Assembly: GCF_032062105.1 (NCBI RefSeq)
Contig: NW_026933053.1
Span: 1-54,491 of the forward strand
Direction of reading: 5' to 3'
Origin: Saccostrea cucullata
Lineage: Eukaryota
Length of the DNA stretch: 54,491 nt
In this document: in pieces, positions 25,101 to 36,842 of the stretch
Layout: every line of letters starts with the position of its first letter
Position numbering within the stretch: the first letter of the stretch is position 1
Program-made: the position numbers and the translations under genes
The notes under the pieces: generated by a model
Database searches by the model: none
The model's input: only the letters and a program-made list of their open reading frames with translations
Told to the model about the DNA's origin: nothing

Positions 25101-27388
25101 AAGTCAAATCGAAAGTACTTCTGGTGACAAATTGGAATAATGTCAATTTTCATTAATTAACAATAATGCACACTGAATAAAATGGATTTTATTATTTCTT
25201 GTGACTTTCATACCCCATGCAAACACGTAGGTACCTGAAAATTACTTGTTAACAGTTTATTTCACTCATAATACGTTCCGCCCAAAATATCAGGCGGAAC
25301 GAGCTCATTAGAAAATGGCCTTCGGATGTAAGAGTCCGAGGTATATAAGGAGCGTAGGGACGTTAACCGAGGCTCTTACTTGTAGGAGTAGGACTAAACA
25401 CAACAAGCCGCATGTATATGACCTAGTTTTGATGTTGGCATGTGCGGGAATGTTTTGTTTTTAAAAATTTAAAAATTAACTAGAACTGTCCAATAGGGAC
25501 AAATACCCCCCGCTGGGTTTTTCAGAGAAGGTGCCAATTCAAAAATACTTAATGGATCTAGAGATGTTCACAATTTACTTAAAAAAATTTGCAGTGAAAT
25601 ATAATTGCTCATCATGTTTCTTAATGAATGAAATGGAGGTGCAACCAAATGAAACATCAATACTAATATATTGTAATTCCATTGTAACATTTTTTTTTTT
25701 TTTCATTTAATTTTTCTTCATTACTGCATTAAAAAATATATTGCAATTATGTGTTATGTCACTCTGCAAACTGATTGTTGAAAAAAAAAACCATTATACA
25801 AAATCGAATTAATCTTGATATATCAATTTTGAAATGCATTTTGAAAATAAAGAACTGGTCATCCAGTAATGAAGTGTTTTGACAGACAATAAATTACAAT
25901 TAAGAGAATAAGAGAAGAGAGATCTTTAATTCTTGTGCCTTATTCCCTGAAGATTTGATAACACACACACACTTGATAAGAGATACCAGTATGCCTAAAC
26001 AACTTCCAACACCAAACTCATTAATTTATCTTTAACTGGATGCATGTCCAGTCATTATTCCCAAGAGACAAATGAAATTACATTATCTTCTGTGCAATGT
26101 AAAAACCGTTTTTAACACTTGGTGTTTCTTTTTTTTTAAAAAGTTTTTATGAGTAGTTTTAAGCTGTAGTTCACGTTTTTGTAAAGATATTCTAGATTCT
26201 ATGTCTCAAACCTTATACATGAGCCCAAAATGAACAAGTCAATTAAAATTTTAAAAAACCTGTAAAATGCAGAAAAATGAACAAAAAGAAATGAAAATTC
26301 CAGGTACACAACTTCATATGGTGAATAATAATTGTACAAATTTTCAAATTAATCCTTGCAATAGTTTCTGAGAAACAGTCCAAACAAAACCACAAAATAA
26401 AAATGAAAAAACACCTGTAAAATTCAAAATAATAATCCAATCAAGATGAAAAATATCAGGTGCACAACTTCATATGGTGAATAATATGTGTACAAATTTT
26501 CAGATAAATCCTTCCAATAGTTTCTGAGTAATGGTCCGGACAAAATCTTGTCTACAGACAGACGGACAGACGGACAGACAGACAGACGGACAGACAGACA
26601 TGGTGATTCCAATATACCCCCCCTAAACTTCGTTTGCGGGGGGTATAAAAACCTATACAATCAAACAGATTATAAAAAGGGTTATTCATAAATCCTCACT
26701 ATTTCCTGCTTTAAATATTTTTTTCTCAAGTTTGGTCAGGGCTAGTGGTTAAAGGGTCAGGGCTAGTAAAAATTTGCCAGAGTAGCCCGACTGGTCTAGT
26801 ATTCCAAAAGCTTAATGTCAAACCCTGACAGAACTAATCTGTAGATCTTTTGACTTACGCTGCTTCGGACCTCCTCCATCTGCGCACTCTTCTCTCCGAG
26901 CTCGCGCCGCGTCTGTTCGTACATCGTCTTGTACTTCTCCTGTACAATCTTACTCTCCTCCACCGTCCTTTTAATCTCTTCCTCTAACTGGGCATATTCA
27001 TCTTGCAACCTAAAATTCAGTCATTCTAGCATTCAAAACCTACTTAAAATTTTAATTTGAAAACATTTATCATATTAATTTCATAATTTGTATATTTAAA
27101 TTATACAGGTTTTGACAATGGGACCTATATTTTTTTTAGGCATCTTTATCCTGAGAAAAAATCTGAGATTAACAACCTTTTGTGCTCCTCTTTTAGCTGC
27201 TCATAGTTGGTTCTGTGCATCTGGCTTCTCATTCGTTCATCAGCGAGCAGTTTTTGGAGCTCGGTCTCTGATGTCAGCTGAGGTAGCGACGAGGCCAGGT
27301 TTTGGACAACGGGAGGCAAGCCAGTGACATGACCAGTCCCCCCTAACATGCTTGTGCTGGCCATCTTCAGACTGTCAGTGTCCTGCAT
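10148..27388 (-). CDS. CEP83: Centrosomal protein 83 (CCDC41), distal appendage coiled-coil protein, 11 coding exons
   Basis: Exons 27388-27177, 27009-26859, 23828-23604, 23177-22929, 22199-21953, 21580-21436, 19259-19110, 18844-18481, 17794-17694, 12985-12793, 10357-10148. Peptides ELQKLLADERMR..NYEQLKEEH, VITPQRLE, ELERERDK, KDLHRRHNEFR and HQEDLRLLRQRL match recalled CEP83 (EFQKMLIDERLR, ILTPQKLE, KDIQRRHNEFR, HQRELSLLRKRL). The C-terminal frame is uncertain (see findings). Confidence 0.92.
10625..11200. mobile_element. Non-autonomous element with long internal palindromes (Crypton-like)
   Basis: Hairpin 10648-10765 centred on GCCTGAGGCCGAGGGC; inverted pair TTTTATTACCTAACCTACTATATA and TATATAGTAGGTTAGGTAATAAAA. 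Family assignment from recall only. Confidence 0.55.
11477..12213 (+). mobile_element. Non-autonomous hAT transposon
   Basis: TIRs TAGTGTTGGCAA and TTGCCAACACTA; perfect 8-bp TSD GTTACAAG; decayed BED-finger-like start (MPPQTSRAWKY) near 11806. Confidence 0.9.
13033..15144. mobile_element. Non-autonomous EnSpm/CMC-like DNA transposon
   Basis: TIRs CCCGTACCAAAC and GTTTGGTATGGG, 2-bp TT flanks, subterminal arrays of CTCACGTGAG and CTCATGAG palindromes at both ends. Confidence 0.7.
15273..17617. mobile_element. Non-autonomous TIR transposon (Kolobok-like)
   Basis: TIRs AGGTTCATTCTCTATAAGGCC and GGCCTTATAGAGAATGATCCT; the expected TTAA TSD is only partly retained. Confidence 0.7.
18100..18520 (-). 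repeat. 46-bp minisatellite made of a CEP83 exon end plus donor (about 9 copies)
   Basis: Minus-strand unit GGCAAATACCAGAGGGCACTCACAGCCTATAAAAAG|GTGAGTCCAC at 46-bp spacing from 18151 to 18473. Confidence 0.95.
18890..19135 (-). repeat. Decayed ~35-40-bp repeat derived from a CEP83 exon end plus donor
   Basis: GAGGGAACTTCTAGTCTTAAA|GTAAGTTATAAA is echoed as GAGAGAACTCCTGATCTTGACATAAGTCAT, GGAGGGAACTTCTGGTCTTG and GGAAAGAATTCCTTTTCTTAACACAAGTCATAAAA. Confidence 0.7.
19596..21460 (-). repeat. 35-bp minisatellite made of a CEP83 exon end plus donor (53 donors)
   Basis: Minus-strand unit AAACTGACYRGTGTGGAGAGTGAGAA|GTAAGTCAC; 21436 minus 19616 equals 52 x 35. Confidence 0.97.
22609..22796. mobile_element. 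Tc1/mariner-type MITE
   Basis: TA|CAGTG...CACTG|TA termini; ATCCGGA subterminal repeats. Confidence 0.75.
22820..22995 (-). repeat. Single ~70-bp duplication of a CEP83 exon end into the downstream intron
   Basis: TTGACAGAAGCAGACAGCTCCGTGATCTGTTTGGCTTGTACA.GGGTAATGTTGTC occurs at ~22835 (intron) and ~22939 (exon). Confidence 0.92.
24251..26827. mobile_element. hAT-like non-autonomous element with an apparent 5-bp TSD and a nested HINE
   Basis: 17-bp TIRs CAGGGTTTGACATTAAG and CTTAATGTCAAACCCTG; ACAGA on both flanks. Confidence 0.75.
25477..26651 (-). mobile_element. Helentron/HINE (DINE-1-like) nested in the hAT-like element
   Basis: Minus strand begins TTATACCCCCCGCAAACGAAGTTTAGGGGGGTATATTGG, then a GTCT/GTCC microsatellite and ~150-bp internal repeats, and ends GGGGTATTTGTCCC..GGACAGTTCTAGTT. 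Confidence 0.8.
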
Positions 27389-27879
27389 TAAATCCTACAG
27401 AAACAAAATTAATAAAAGAAAATGACTTTCAAATCCTAACGGTTGAATCTCAATATATAAATCAATCACATCATATATCTTCATGGAACCAAATGCTCCG
27501 AGAGCAAATCTGAAGAAAAAGGGGGAGGGTTGAAGTTTCATTGTGTATTTCCAATTTTGCTTTAAAAATTATGCAATTTTTTTTTACAGATAATCGTAAG
27601 TGCACATTCTATAGTTAATTCTTAAAAAACATTTTTTTTTTGGTGGTGGTGCTATCTGATCAACATGATGAATGATAATATATTTACTGAACACTGTCAG
27701 TGTCATGCTGTCATGCAAAGCAAGTTGAGACACATTTCCCGGCTTCACGCAATCCTTAAAATTCAGTCTGCATTTGCATGATGCAAAATACTCATACAGA
27801 CTAGTGTAATACAAAGTTTAAAATATAAGGAATTATTCATAGACAAAAAAATAATTCACGTAAAGAATCACACAAACTA

Positions 27880-29066
27880 TTTTACCTTCTTTCACATCTT
27901 TCTAAGTTTCTGTTCGAAATCACAACAAATACTAACGCATGCGCAATTGACCAAATACATTCTAATTTCTAAACCATTAACGGAATTTCTTCCGGGTTTT
28001 CCCAGTTTCTGTAAATGATTTCAATATTATTCTTACCTTGCTTTTAATGCCGTATATTTCATCCATTCTTCGTTTTTTATTTTCATTTAAATTAATAATA
28101 TCTGGCCTTTTTCTTTTGATAATGTCCATCCTCTCAATCAACATGTTATTTTAATTAACCGACCAGTTATAATTTCTTTTTAAACATGTTAAACATGTTA
28201 ATTAATATCTCCTGTGGCCAAAACATGTGTGGTCATGACTTAGTTGTTTTAATTAAGCTACTGGAACGAAATTCATGACATTCTTTTAATTAATCTTTTA
28301 ATTATTTGTTTATAACTAAAACAGCAATATATAGTCGTTGCGAAAATAATTTTAATTAATGCGCCGCCGGTCGTACGTTTATTTTCCTTTTATTAAAAAA
28401 ATGAATATTGAACCTACTATATAACAATGTAAGAAATTACAATTAAAAAAAAATGTTTTGCAAGTGTATTTACAATACCACTACAAGAATTGATACTAGA
28501 AGTTTAAAAGAACGATTGAATAACTCATTTAATCTAGATCTTCAGTTACACAGTTTTTGTCATCAAATAAATTATTCATAATTTCTACTGAAGACAGGGT
28601 GACACGATAGCCGGGCCTTCCTTTGAATTTTCCGTCATCTTCTTATCTTGAATCAATTGATTTTTTTCTGTCATGAAAACTTCTTAGAAATTCGATCAAG
28701 AACTTCTTTTACATATTTACTCAGCAAGCAATCTTCTCGCGTCTTTATCAGCCCAACTGGAAATTCCTTACTAGAAGGCCTAGCTGTGTGAAATCTTTAT
28801 CTTATAATTCACCAAGCCAACATTTTGTGCATATTGCTCATTCCTATTATATCACAGTTTCTATCCAATACGTGATTATCTTTGTCTGTTTGTCTGTCAT
28901 ATTTGTCCGTTTGTCTGTCAGAATAAAAACAAACGCGCTCTAATAAAACAACATGCGGACTCCCTAAGATGTAACAGACCCTCCCTTCATCTTGAGTTAT
29001 GGTTTGCTACATTACAAAGTTTATAACTTTGGGGGCGGGGATATCAGTGTGACATAACTTCTACAG
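27880..29066. promoter_or_regulatory. Probable divergent promoter region shared by CEP83 and the Roco gene
   Basis: Head-to-head genes; putative CEP83 5' UTR donor (AAG|GTAAAA on minus) near 27885; NRF1-like ACGCATGCGC at ~27935. Confidence 0.45.
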
Positions 29067-32000
29067 ATGAGGATTTTTGTGCTCGGTCGTCCGGGATGCG
29101 GCAAGTCAGACCTCGTCACCGCCATATTTGGACTGACGGGGCACGACAGTGGAACCCGGTGTGATAATGGCGTCAGTATCCATACGTGGAGTTTCTCTCC
29201 TAAAACAGGCAAGACATTTTGGAATTAAATAATTTTTGTTTTATCATATGGAATGTACCTATTGAATATCATTTTGTTTTATAAATATTGATATGGAATT
29301 TCTCTCCAGAAACATTTTGGAGTTTAATTATTTTTGTTTTATTCATATGGAATTTCTCCCTCAAAACAGACAAGGTATTTTGGAGTTTAATACTTTTTGT
29401 TTTATTCAAACGTGAAATTTTTCTTTCAAAACAGGCAAGACATTTTGAGTTTAATCATTCTTGTTTTATTTCAAGCTTTATTACAAATATATGTAAAAAT
29501 AAAATATATGTTTTTAGATGCTTGTATATTGTTCTTTCCTTAAATTCTCCTCGGATCATTTGTCATCTGGTCAGCGGTATAAATATAAACTTGTGATGAT
29601 GATGATTTTGCTACGAATTTGGACAATAATCATTGTCATCAACGTTATCATCTTCAACTTTCTGTATTTTTCAATCTGATTACAGACTGAGTATTTTTTC
29701 TACCGATGATTACGATTTTTGTCAATGACAGATACCAGGGTATTGTCGGGCGATGTTGAGGAAACAACGCCACCTGTCGAGATTTGGGAGTGGTCGGGAA
29801 GGAGGGTAATCATTTTTTTAGTGTCAAAAGGAAGCAATGATATCCCATAAATAATTCTATCTCTAAATTTTTTTTGAATGAAATAGGATCTTAACGAATA
29901 GTTATGAAGCTTAAAAGTCCATCAGAACAATACACATTGGGAGTAGATAAAGCACCTTAAATTACAATCGATAGCCTTGTACCCTCAACTTATTTGTCTC
30001 AGCTTTCCTCGTTTACGTTGTGTACTGTCTATTGTCGTAATCAGGTATGGTCTTGTAGATAACATTTCTTTACTCATAGTTTTTGATACTCCTCCTTGAT
30101 TTTCTCAAAGTAAGTTTGATATTTTCAGATTTTTCGCGGAATTCAAAGTTTCTTTTTCACCAGAAGTTCCCTATTTCTTCTGTGTATCTCCACCGCGGAA
30201 TCTGATTCAGAGGCAGCAGACGACTTTATACAAACATGGCTGGACATTCATTCCAAGGCAAGTCTGGTAATTAAGGAACAGGCATTATAATCAAAACTTT
30301 GTTCTGGGCTGTCCTTTTAATATTATTTCTTCAATTTTTAGCTATATGTCGAGGCAAGTCTTACAGAATATCTTATTTCCCTCCGTTTTCAGGTATCAAA
30401 CCCGAACATCATTGTCGTCTGCTCACACAAGGAGGACCCAAACCTCCCGGACTCATGTATAAACAACACAAAGTCACAACTAAAGAGGCGCATCACGGAG
30501 ATCAAAGAAAAACACTCAATATCAAACACAGATAGGTGATTTTAACATCCCCCACCCTGGAAAAAAATGAATGGTTGACATCTTTCATACATTTGTTGAG
30601 ATTTCATATCATGTATTTTTCCTTACCTATCTACTAGTACTTGTTGTGTAAGATGTTTAATCTTGATGTGTCTTTTTTCGTCCATACCTAGAGTTTCCGT
30701 TCTGTACGCTTGCCTCACCAAACTGGAGACCTCGTTACTGACGTTAGAGCCAGCCACCCCATCAAACGTCACATTACATGTGGTGGACCTAATGATGAAA
30801 AGGGTTGTGTATTTAAAACTAAATTAATGAAAAACTTTAATTAGAAAATCACTTCTGCACGGATTAATTGCTTTAATAAGTACATGTACATGTACTGATA
30901 AGACTTGCGATGTTTCGTGAACACATCGTGAACTTTTTCCGTATTTTTCTTAATTATTTTATTTTTTAGGAAATCAGCAAGTTAAAAATGGAAATCTTCA
31001 AAAGAGTTGAATTTCAGTTACACAAGGATTCCATTTTATTAAAACAGTATAATGGTTCCGTAATCAAAAATATAAAAGAGATGAAATCATCGAGGAAAAT
31101 TTTGATGAAAGAGGACGATTTTAGAGAAAATATTGGAATTTCCCTGGAAAACGAGGATTTCTTTGACGCTCTGGAATCGAAGGTAATAATGGCAGACTTA
31201 AGGTGAATTTTTACCTCAAAATCTGGAGAATTATGTCATTGATCTTAACTTGTGTAAACTTATACTCACAGAACATAATACTGCGAGTGTTTACCATAAA
31301 CAAGGAGCCCGTTATCTGCTGTGACCCCCGGGCTTTAGCCCAGATACTGGTATTCACGCACGTGCTGGACCAGACTAAGCTCTATCAGATTGACCCCCGG
31401 AAGTTCTGGGGAACAGACGTTACTGACCGCCCAGACCCCGGGCTTCTGGTGAGGGCTTTAGAAGACGTAGCCAAGCAGGGCATTCTACGAGAGAACCTTT
31501 TCCCTGTACTCTGGCAAGTACGTTTAAAAAAGGTTTGATCATTTTTTTTTTTCAAATTAAAGTTAAACTGATGTAAACAATCGTATATGTATCGAGATGA
31601 TGCACTTAACTGTACTGAGACAGCACGGGTAGCTGTACAGAGATAGTGCACAATTATATAGCAATACCGAAATGGTACATGTAGATGTACCGAGATGATG
31701 TACATTGTACATGTACATAGCTTACCGAGATGGTACAGGTTACCATGCTGAAGTGATTTTCGTAAGCCGTACTGAGAAGTTGTAGCTAGGGCCTATACCC
31801 ATCAGTACATATAGCCATACCGAGAAGTTAATGTAGCTTTACAGAGATTGTACATTTAGCCATGCTGAAATGGTATACGTAGCCAAGATTTTATAATGTG
31901 AAGTTTGTTTTTTGTTCAGAATATAACTGACAATGAAGATGAGATCAGACGCTGGATAGAGCTCCTGGGACAAATCGGAGTCATCTCTCGATGCAACGCT

Positions 32001-35000
32001 CTCAGGACAAAAGATTCCAAACTAGTCCTTAACACCTTCCCCAAGCTACAAAGCGACAGGGCGTACTATGTCATGCAGGCGGATCTTATCCCGAACAAAA
32101 GTCCGGTAGGTATACATATACCACACCACACTGGAATACACATCTTACTTCAATAGATTTAATATCTATAGGATTTCTAGATTACGAGTAAAGTCAGACG
32201 AACACTTCCATCACAGATCTATAAATATTTTATCTGCAGACGATAAGCTGGACGCCATCACCTGTTACAGACGACATAGAAGTCAGTGTCCTGCTGACCT
32301 CTCCCTGTGACTTTCCCTCGGGGTTTAAACATTTACTGATTGGCGGTTGTAGAAATATTGACGAGGACGAGGCTCTGTACTCATGGATTTGGAGTGATGG
32401 GGTCTTGATGCAGTTTCCCAAGGTTAGCATTCATTTCAAAACAGAAATTATTACTAAGTTTTCATGATTTTGGAACGGAATGTTTGCGAAAGAAACCAAT
32501 CAAATAAAATGTTTCTCTGAAAATTGATTAATGGTTGCTAATAAATCACTTTACTTAATTGGAACCGGAAATCTAGTGTCAAGATCCAGCTGTACCTAAA
32601 TAGAAATTTAATTAATTTATTCTATATATAAAAATATATGTACATATACGACTTCAATTTTATTTTATTATTAAATTATATTTCGTAGAATTACATCTTC
32701 ACGTGTTAATAATTTATACCAGCAGGTCACGACCTGTCTCCGCTTCACGGAAAACAAATTGTACGTCAGCGGAAGAACAAACGTACTGGAGCACCAGTCC
32801 AGACCTGAAGCTCTCAGCGCCATCTGGTGCGTGTTATCCTATCCACTAACGGCGGTAGAAAATATAAGACGCAACTGGGGGAATCTGGAATTGGACGTAT
32901 GAAAAAATGTCTATTTTTTTCTCTCCAAATTAATAGACTATTTGTTATATGAAAAAATTTAATTATAATTTTAAGGACACAAATCAAAATCAATCAAATT
33001 TATAATTATAACAAAAAATCAACCTTAAAATAATTTCAGAGGTTTTTTTAAACTACACGTATGTACATTATTTAATTTTAAATCGGAAATCAGTAAGCAA
33101 AATTCAGCATACTCGTAAATTGGACTAAATCAACTAAATCAACATTTTGGCCTTCGGCAAACACACATGTATTCAATTTGAAAATATCGATATCACCCCT
33201 TCAAATGCCTGAGAACTGATAAAGTGCAACATTTTGAAATTAAAACACGCGATACAATTGTTTCAGAGAAGTATCAGAGTGACAGATAGCTCCAGTACCA
33301 GCCCGCCCCCCGGGACCGAACCACGGGGTCAGGGTGTGTATTTACCCATCCATGACGTCTTCATTAGCCCTTCTGAAAACAGACAGCTGTATTTTCCTGT
33401 GAAAGGTAGGTTACATGTTATATAAAACCCGTGAAATAAGTTGAATTAATTTAAAATTGTGAGCTAGGAAACTTAATTTCCTTCTGCATGCTGCAAGAAT
33501 AATTTCGTAACGTTTTATATGTATTAGTATGTATATATTTACATGTTTCTGCTTTTGTCTTAAGGCCTGTTTGATTTTCATTTGTCATATAGTACATTTC
33601 AATTTAAGTTTTTCATGAACATGCTATTTTAGTTAGGCTTTGTTAATCAAATTACCCATTCCTGTGAATTACATTCAGCTAACAGGCACGTAGCATCGTT
33701 TTTGAAACTGGGGGGCCAACCTGAGAAATTTTTTTTTACTTACCTAAAAAAAAGTTGACAAGCAAAAAAAAAAAAGTAAATTAAAAATTGCCCAAACTCC
33801 AAAATCCTATTTCGTGGAGGGGGTGGGGGGGGGGGGTGGCTAACTTTTTTCAGGGCCAACTTCCTTTAACTTCCAATTTTTTCCTATATTTCCTTGCCAT
33901 GAATATACTGTGGTAAAAAGTGGGGGGGCCAACCGTCTTTTCAATGGACATTTTCTATACTAAAGGTAATGTTGGCGAAAAAAGTGGGGAGGCCAGGCCC
34001 CCTGCCCCTCCTCCCCCTGACTAATGCATAAAAAAGACCCCCCCCCCCCATTAAATTCGATCCATCCAGTTAGCTCGGTTTTTAGAACAAAATGATATTC
34101 TTTTTTATTTACAATCTACATGATCTAAGTAATATTAGGCGTCATATTGTTCAATGTTGATTACATAAGGACTCTGTAAACAAGTAATATAATATAAAGA
34201 ACGCCATTAAATATGTATAATGCTGAAAGTGATCTATACAATGTCTGTTTATAACGATGACAGACTGCGTAAGCAACACGCCAGCGGCAGGAGCAGAGTT
34301 AGGACCGTATTTGACCCTCACACTTTGTGGTCCAATGGAAGCCGAGATCATTGCGCCGCGTATTGATTTCTAAATCTGAAACAGAAACAATCCATTGTCC
34401 ATCTCATGCTGAGTTTCTATATACACTGTACACACTTTCTGGGAAATTCTCTGATATCTAATTTCTGAGTTAAGTAAGACCAATATTTTTATTTTATGTA
34501 ATTAAATATCAGATATATACCGGTAAATATATCTAGATACATGTATATGTATTACAAACTCATTTAATTGTTTTATGCTAAATGAATTATTATTTTGGTG
34601 AGATCCTGAATTTTTGTTTGAATTTTTCTTTAGACCTTCCCTCCAACTGCGATTATTTGGGATTTCTACAACATCTGACCACTCGGTACAAAGAGGTTAA
34701 ATCTGGAACTGTCCTAGAATCCAGTAAAATTCAAAACGGGAAAACTGTGCTGAAATCGGACTGGAAAAGAAAATGCCGTACAAAGGTTTTCTGTATATTT
34801 ATTTGTATACTGTATATTGTAAAATATGTACATGATGTAAGCTTCGGATGTTTCCCACAACAATAGACTTATAATTTTAGTTCATTTTAACAAGTTAGGC
34901 TACATTTTAACCATGTTTTGATTTGTTTTTTAAATGCTTTATCTAGTTTGTTTTTCTCTTACTATTTAGTATTTTTACTTTGTTCTTGTTGTTATTCTTG

Positions 35001-36842
35001 TATTAATCTTATAGAATTTCTTTTTTATACTACCACTCTGAAGAAGAGGTGGGCTGTATAAGGTACTTTTACCTTTGTGTGTTAGTTTTTTATTTCTTAC
35101 TAAATTCCCATCGCATTTTTCGCAAATTTTATTGGGCTACCGCAGAGGGAAGTCATCCACCAACCTTTTACAATTGACATTCTTATGCGTTTGATTTTGT
35201 TTTTTTACAAGTTAGGATTGTTTGGTACTTATTTATCCATTGTTTGAATCTGAGGTTCTTTTCAATGATTATGGTCTGTCCAACAAAACCAAATATGGCA
35301 ATAGATACCTTGGGATATTCAGGCTATCTAATAAATTTCACAATCTTATACCATTTTAAATTCTATGCGGAAAATAAAATCATACTTTAAATGATTACAT
35401 GTACATGTATATCCTAAATGTTACAGTTGGGGGCGAAACGTTTGTTTTGTGGAATACCACATTTTTCACACTGACCATTATTTTTAATTAAACTAACAAA
35501 TGGCAGATGATGTACAGGGAAATAGGTCTACACATCAAAGTAAAGCTTCATTAGACAAATAATTATATAGAGACAGACCCAGACTCTAAAAACGATCCTT
35601 TTACTGGAGAACAGGAGAGCAGAATAGTGAATAACAACATCCAACACCCGATATATACAGTCTCAAAATAATGGCTGCTAGGAATTAATGAAATCATAAG
35701 AACTTCGATATGTTTAGGTATGTATAAAGGAAACAGAATACCCTCTGACTTCCCTAAAATGTGAGTAATATAAAAGGGTAGTTCTATAATTTCAGGGGAG
35801 GCGAATTACGTGGATTTTGAGGGCACCAGCACAGAGTAAGAAAATGTCGTCTGCGGAGAATATTTCGGGGATGAGAAAGAATCCCAACAACCAGCGGCGG
35901 ACATCACAGGTTACATTTAAGGAGCAGAATGATACGTCGGCGTTTATGGAACTCGTGAACGGATTTGTGGAGGAGATTCTGAGGAAAGGGATGGCTAAAT
36001 ACAGGGAAGACATGTCAACTCAAAACGAGGCCAGAGGAAAGGAGGTCAAGGTCAGGATATTTTCTGTTTTAATCAGAACAAAACGAGAGAATGTATATTA
36101 AAAATACTGTTATTAAATTTTAGAATTTCATATAACTTTCAACTCAAATAAAGGGTTTTAGAGATGGAGGAATGGGGTGGAGGTTTGAGTTTATATTTTT
36201 AGTCACGATGACAACATTCGTCCTTCTAGTACCACTGTACACCGAATTCATAAACTGTTAAATAGACAACTTTTGTGAAGATGAAGGTCTTTAGTTGAAG
36301 TTAGGTTAAGGTGAAATATCTCTAAGAGATTTCCATTTCATGGGGTTCAGACTAAATTTTCACTTGGTAAGTACTATACATTATAAGAATGTCTTACAGA
36401 GGTATTTTTTCATCTGGACGATAATAGTCTACAGGTGTACATGGGAGGAATGATCCTGTCAATAGGTACCGGAATAAAAAATAATTATCATGTATAATCA
36501 CTATGTCAACCATATGTACCAAAAGATTGTATGTACTAGTAAATAATTGGTGCACTGACAAAAACTGATATTGGTTTCCCAAAGAATGTTGAACAACAAA
36601 CAATCAACCGGAAAATACTATAAGAAAATCCATTTAAGCATTATATTTACTATTTTGTGGTTGAGAATTTATTTAAGATTCGATGCTTGAAATTTATTTT
36701 TTAGTGGTCGATTACAGCAGTGACGTCAATCCACGCCACGAACATGGAGACTTCCGGTGTAAATAGTCACGTGGGAAAGAAGAGAAATTCCTCCGCCGAC
36801 AAGAGTTGTGTGCCTTCAAGTAAATTCTGTGGAATTTTATAA
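29067..36842 (+). CDS. Divergent Roco-family ROC-COR protein, about 760 aa as modelled, possibly with a C-terminal CaaX
   Basis: Exons 29067-29208, 29732-29805, 30129-30257, 30393-30535, 30692-30803, 30970-31182, 31272-31517, 31920-32105, 32240-32422, 32726-32896, 33267-33405, 34634-34785, 35796-36050, 36705-36842 join in frame. ROC-like motifs: P-loop RIFVLGRPGCGKS, GVSIHTW, IWEWSG..QSFFFTRSSLFLL, IIVVCSHKED. COR-like motifs: VICCDPRAL, GILRENLFPVLW, FPSGF..LI, WSDGVL. Several donors are weak, and linkage of the last three exons is not certain. Confidence 0.7.
29180..29470 (+). repeat. Decayed repeat of the Roco exon 1 end plus GC donor (about 4-5 copies)
   Basis: TGGAGTTTCTCTCCTAAAACAG|GCAAGACATTTTGG is echoed at ~29294, ~29348 and ~29413 (AAAACAGGCAAGACATTTTG). 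Confidence 0.85.
31580..31890 (+). repeat. Degenerate ~24-bp intronic repeat (GTACCGAGATGGTACATGTAG-like)
   Basis: About ten diverged copies inside Roco intron 7. Confidence 0.6.
33683..34020. mobile_element. Short GC-ended non-autonomous element remnant
   Basis: Starts CAGGCACGTAGC, contains repeated AAGTGGGGGG(A)GCC, and ends in a C-rich tract. Confidence 0.5.

Noticed and set aside
26243-26660. Minus-strand ORFs of 65 and 78 aa
   Set aside because: They are translations of the HINE microsatellite and internal repeats.
30003-30044. Possible 42-nt in-frame cassette exon (LSSFTLCTVYCRNQ) with AG and GT ends
   Set aside because: Inclusion would interrupt the ROC G3/switch II spacing, and there is no support without transcripts.
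31580-31890. Degenerate repeat as another donor-derived array
   Set aside because: Similarity to the exon 7 junction (CTGTAC..GTAC) is too weak; counted as a non-junction repeat.
35500-35795. Coding-looking polar stretch upstream of the Roco exon at 35796
   Set aside because: Stops occur in all three frames, and a donor at 35761 would leave a 35-nt intron; it cannot be modelled.
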